Source: a bacterium (GTDB taxonomy: Bacteria; Elusimicrobiota; Elusimicrobia; UBA1565; UBA9628). From it: 64,000 nucleotides of DNA. The first letter of the stretch is position 1. Each line of letters starts with the position of its first letter. The DNA lies in assembly GCA_021782205.1 (NCBI GenBank), contig JAJXVH010000009.1, positions 3,432 to 67,431 of the forward strand, written 5' to 3'. This document shows, piece after piece, positions 62,501 through 64,000 of this stretch. The notes beneath the pieces were generated by a model, which worked only from the letters and a program-made list of their open reading frames with translations, did no database searches and was not told the origin of the DNA. Position numbers and translations under genes: made by a program.

Positions 62501-64000
62501 CGCCGTCGAGCAGATGGTCGACAAGAACCTGAAGGTCCAGGTGCTCCAGCTGGAGCCGGTGTCGATCGTGGTGCGGGCGTTCACGCGCCTGATCGGCGCC
62601 CTCGGCGACGGGCCGGTCTACGATCCCGACAAGGCCGCCGCCGCGCGCATCAAAACGTTGACGGCGGAGCGCGCGCTGGCGGCCCTGCCCGCTCAGGTGG
62701 CCGACCAGCGCTCGCGCCTGCAGCAGCGTCTGGCCGACGACCAGGCCCGGCTCGCGGCGCTGGCCGGCTCCCGCGACCCGTCGGCGGCGGTGACCGCCGC
62801 CGAGCTCCAGGGCGACATCCTCAAGGAACGGGCCGGCCTCTACGCGCTCTATGACCCCTCGGCCCCGTCCGCCGCGGCCGCCGTCAACGCGCCGACGCCG
62901 CCGTCGAACTGGGCCCAACTGCAGGCCGAACTGGGGCGCTCCGAGCAGGCCTTGGCGCCCGCCGCCCCGAGCGCGCCTCCCGACATTCCGTCGCCCGTCG
63001 TGACCGAGGGCAACTCGTCGGCGTACGCGCGCTACGACTACGCCAAGCAGACCTTGGGCGAAGTTCCGATCAACAAGCACTTCGTCGAGGGCTGGATCGA
63101 GGTGCGTCTGCGCGATCCCAGCACTCCGCCTAATGTCCTTCTCGCCCTGTCGCGCCTGCGCGACCAGAAGGCGGCGCGCATCTATCAGACCGAACTGGCC
63201 GGCGCGCAGGTGAACGCCGGAGTTTTGGCCGCGCAGTTCCAAACCGACGTGGGCCTGGAGCGCTGGGCCGAAGCGCAGCTGCGGGCGCGCGGATTCTCGC
63301 CGGTGCCGCCGGCCGCGGCGCGGCCCGGCGACCCGGCTCGCCCCGCCGAGCTTGACGCCCTGCGCGCCAGCGCCGCCGCGCGCGTGGCCGGGGAAGCCGA
63401 CCGGATCGCCGCCCTGCTGGGCCTTGCCCCCTCGGCCGCGGCCGGGCTGGCCGCGCTCGTGCCGCAGGACGCGACGCCGGCCGCCGACCCCGCCGACATG
63501 GCGGCGACCTTGATCAAGAACATCCAGACGCGCGAGGTCGGCATCATCCAGCAGACCCTTTTCTCCGACGGCGGTCTGCCCGCCGGCTTCGGCGCCGAGG
63601 ACGGCCTGATGGGGCAGATCCGCGCCAACACCATCGCCGAGCGCATGAGCTACAAGGGCTTCACGCCCGTGCTCGCCAGCGGATTGTTCCAGGGCCAGAG
63701 CATTTCCGGCGTTTTCCTGGAGGCCCCGGACCCCCGCGACATTCAGAAAGGGCTGGAGAGCATCATGTCGGACGTCCTGCGCAAGCAGTTGGAGTCCGAC
63801 GGGCGCATACAGCAGCTGTCGCTCCAGTTGAATCTGCTGATGACCCAGGTGCAGGACGGCGAACGCGAACTGCAGGCGCGCAGCGCGCAGATCCAGGCCG
63901 ACGAGGCCGACCTGCGCGCGCGCACGGCGCTCATCGACCAGCCCGGCGGGGCGGCCGCGCTGGCCGCGTCCCAGCAGAGGCTGGCCCAGGCGTGGTCCGA
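53592..64000 (+). CDS. Giant protein (at least 3469 aa, 3' partial): signal-like N-terminus, TM cluster, Gln/Ala-rich coiled-coil region, beta-rich module, TolC/OMF-like repeats
   Basis: The reading frame of positions divisible by 3 is open from TAG 53514-53516 to the window end; I spot-checked about 35 sequence lines by hand. The ORF is absent from the supplied track. See findings for motifs. Confidence 0.8.
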   Translation, partial: MLPVMNPRPKRGGWTRAAAAVVSAAVLMTSFGPGAAAVAAEIDLDRPVDAAPAAGSALPVLPPAAASLAPALSVASLGALSPALSAPAPVPAAAALGGHDRPVAVVAVPSLLPAPAPALVAAPAAALSAPADEGPMSRASAWLRAATGRAAAPGAVQVPDAAAGASAAAAKSAADASFRRLTGEQFAREDGDVSDPAAIVSVRPESETTRLSAASSARPGAGPSASVPPAPSGAKSETPKYLSEDFLGFRTVRGLTRAPGLGRLPRDADAARVVDQIAGQFGLPRREVLELARGFGLDETSPRESWLSVYDRLQAVNRDHFKRLDSHKYNGFASFRELTNWSYAPGLRGVGERLLEVHKLFLGVAVRFPYHLFDMFVFGYFRQAISFEFFHSGEDFLGLSKEPDLARKWLEASLRRERLRGPGTLGRLRARAWFREIERWFLTPLARPLATFLARRLTLAVLSAVAMGLLGAFAPVLPLSFALTSIPLLGPALIWGLNGLPVVVGATPLVGHLLAPVVAAAAGGLARDLVVGPLLNTMILSTLLTFPASARDAIAKIRDRHPLTDLTAREWLHAIAGTALSRAFWSANLKSFVGLATVGAEISGIMTYAGQIDASINPAYHAVTGGQFHLFEAVGSAVERPKGQSVIPFGGAITWGSTLLFKLQEVSGLHISDAVMGAALTVKSGLGFEDAAHVGEARAPAQALVSAAEARPDSKMPFDADLWKSSPADALARIRSLAAGAGGLSAETAAVEARMTALRAKLGDAAAQEAALKAQSRPITAAERAQYAALLRELAAKRDEAYVQAKLSEKRDITNPTAADLSDLRRLKALSDRYGPLLPPPPTDKDGTPDEMAAREAAYKALAARIDGVLHGGTGGVAGPTVTPRLSPDKEAAIQGMVDRIYKEREQVKAELAQRDATQALLAASNRIRNHALADRRNGQGMMQFHTDFAKLDSVVDLALSLNEISAAEAAIAKMQGLLQQRTTAINSSAAQNQQNLAANNATAAQQAQWQQQAQQAVTLDQASQKSLAGLQTEAATATQNIGQFQQTIGGFISEVNAQDKGQSATAAAEYARRLALLPQAAQWATSGNPNDPSAFSLSGFQADLTEVNSALSQAQAGLAKIPTVPVEFAGALVIAVPGSAPGQPNPTVSNPTKAEVLQILSQRQAGWQKELATKQSFLTQVNQMMDPNYTGTTTDAFGDVNPVSLPRWLAQTQTDLSAKQTAAQQLLAQLDATAAQINKAAGSSIPMLSGMSLTQLQTAIQNYGTTLESVQFPNDGSVATFQAKMALITAAQNVPLAARAIVQWSQDQATVTAIQTAMSTTLPKVQQSLQGLVNMEQAILADIQVDVNFVNTGQGGGQALIDRKTALLQNTIIPALQNAQQMITGTLIPYQQSSVASYAANSNGSYYTLFTAEQNLLTQTNNLYNNTIPWAVVTQGAPTGNAAAAHANIASFRQTLQNYMTGYTDSAGQHEGITQYLQDMKDRQCTSGCTRTETLYGEVQPYSLPMKITQYNAEEAQRATQINTEDAQINQILTQIQTLSNGKYNLQAYMLPVGVGADAGSVAKMNAIVNASLIPNLGTELQTIAKAAQAAAGSTSISVGAGSGGAVPVGKQPSPTISTDQQISILALNAAQRLVPSSIAQPAGAPAAYAVARYLYANSVVTAAQSALTSQVPQAVAFLNTASQSLGAAIADTQIDDAYVNSNGTNATPAAVYARKTAIYSQLNGFLQQADAFYAMKTGWDQQAFGTLNSVQTYYNSLGTIYSNGSAVNQNELTEINTMSQALATTLSGLQATQAKVLSWMSQLDPAQQSALRNVADDVSRLQDQTKAVLDANINWHQLENDLSRSQQIVQADLTGVDSDQQKLTQLLTDPAVQGSLPPDLVRRIEALRLGQGGGAWAMGGGDGGATQAIVIKKSDFSSFLDAMLGMVTQNSQNIANQDISSLKSSLLSDPANISNFIPGASIMQFGDNADGFYLVYQSNFSVPNGLQTGTWATLGNVAHVWGNNISVNSYEFTSPPSAGGQNAPFGDKGVEVQVESLQGQNWVNYLNVDLHRFGFDIPTTNTIGSTLSPSRLMIFDDYAVMLLNNKLYVGLAGYGDVAANQPGQNPYFYGGNLKTSFKLNDVMSLDASQQALFIKDPRTFLETANLNFTGFDPSLNQDFQISANGDNKYYSRTQIGPTFDVNRLLGNDTGDSFTVSMYYANTRGTDDIQQQSLGTTIVKGISIKNDQGKTWLQINNSLTAEAGQQANTLGDQIAFTLPDKGITLSGQGQIIGGASTYYAQLSKKLSDNSSVDLGYGSQYIGMGNRLSLTMNTSFTLAQLWQAVADHAHQELQGGRTLAAFDKDMTDFFGPNAKDASPTVQALSQVYAADVARKLITQDMGGLTSDIDDLRKAGAFMDNTRTRGMIGFVSRAVDNTTADLAVGGGPTVGTYTEMTLTKTQKTLIEDKTLSLTQEGLKLQDRLIALTKEWQSDVAALAEAQWDLRLADYEVRNAPNDAVRADARVRLSEALDRYNQTLARYNALAGRDPTAASPFAQLNAADLQQLMGNIRALVSAPDRLTKILGTLNPDALRKDVGAVPFNVMNWLPWVDRLSAGFGVQYQDMMNNQVLTMGVSMRLPIYDPSSKAADHSYVLESQATNLEIDQLYADRNVQRQADLDRARAWQAASDAAAPQGPAAAARLGDAIRAYRNGLIGPDGLRHAFDAWRWYAQTALDASANASVAAAAAAIEEPASQHQPLLPSGPARIASFDDAYALAVADSKNLGALADRAQAAEEMARSQEHRIQKAWLDLNVGVGLTDSGLGWIPQIAITGIPVTPVFGFEFKPEELRELQVSQHDQQEAYYQALQASLKTGLAVQFYQEVVAYRTAQNAVGLYDSRVLPALAAAAAAGGADAAQKLDDARVKRGLALSAQNAAAAQLNFLLGRAAGAPLEIDMDPVQALAALKALVEAQSPVVTQTRVLDARVAVARAVEQMVDKNLKVQVLQLEPVSIVVRAFTRLIGALGDGPVYDPDKAAAARIKTLTAERALAALPAQVADQRSRLQQRLADDQARLAALAGSRDPSAAVTAAELQGDILKERAGLYALYDPSAPSAAAAVNAPTPPSNWAQLQAELGRSEQALAPAAPSAPPDIPSPVVTEGNSSAYARYDYAKQTLGEVPINKHFVEGWIEVRLRDPSTPPNVLLALSRLRDQKAARIYQTELAGAQVNAGVLAAQFQTDVGLERWAEAQLRARGFSPVPPAAARPGDPARPAELDALRASAAARVAGEADRIAALLGLAPSAAAGLAALVPQDATPAADPADMAATLIKNIQTREVGIIQQTLFSDGGLPAGFGAEDGLMGQIRANTIAERMSYKGFTPVLASGLFQGQSISGVFLEAPDPRDIQKGLESIMSDVLRKQLESDGRIQQLSLQLNLLMTQVQDGERELQARSAQIQADEADLRARTALIDQPGGAAALAASQQRLAQAWS

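Overview
High-GC window (about two-thirds G+C by eye, not computed), densely coding, with nearly every gene on the + strand. It looks like an uncultured diderm bacterium; phylum cannot be assigned from sequence alone. No rRNA, tRNA or CRISPR was seen.

Gene order:
1. 1-3281: a T9SS-type cargo protein (FlgD-Ig-like repeats plus Por C-terminal sorting domain) with an adjacent PorV/PorQ-like barrel.
2. 3303-11966: a Tad/Flp pilus operon with two Flp pilins, TadE, CpaB, a minimal secretin, a fused CpaE-CpaF ATPase, TadB with an N-terminal extension, TadC and a TPR protein. No prepilin peptidase is visible.
3. 11969-19926: a signal-transduction block with a HAMP sensor, a pseudo-receiver OmpR-type regulator, CheY, a Cache/HAMP histidine kinase, a hybrid REC-kinase and a NarL-type regulator.
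4. 21046-26088: a translationally coupled operon. It holds a 982-aa secreted polymorphic-toxin-like protein whose AT-richer C-terminal module resembles bacterial RNase A-like CdiA-CT toxins, a small immunity candidate, and TadG-like and TadE-like minor pilins.
5. 26158-28845: an FtsH paralog and a membrane-anchored Ser/Thr kinase.
6. 28907-39121: six tandem paralogous Gly/Ser/Ala-rich membrane proteins.
7. 39193-41868: an 891-aa secreted protein.
8. 41971-49953: a 2660-aa signal-peptide protein carrying a split SecA-like ATPase motor.
9. 49954-53520: a small accessory islet with a low-GC ORF, an aminotransferase remnant, a RelE/RHH toxin-antitoxin pair, an RCK K+ channel and a degenerate IS200/RAYT-like protein.
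10. 53592 to the window end: a giant ORF of at least 3469 codons that is NOT in the supplied ORF track because it has no stop in the window. It ends in TolC/OMF-like repeats.

A recurrent TTGACA-N17-TACACT promoter heads the flp operon and the Gly-rich/giant gene sub-operons. Several start codons lie 5-8 nt after a -10 box, suggesting leaderless mRNAs. The long minus-strand ORFs are GC-rich shadow frames.

Best candidate for a novel system: the split Tad locus together with the toxin/immunity pair, the Gly-rich paralog array, the SecA-like giant and the TolC-like giant. This could be a contact-dependent or envelope-spanning delivery apparatus. That reading is inference only.
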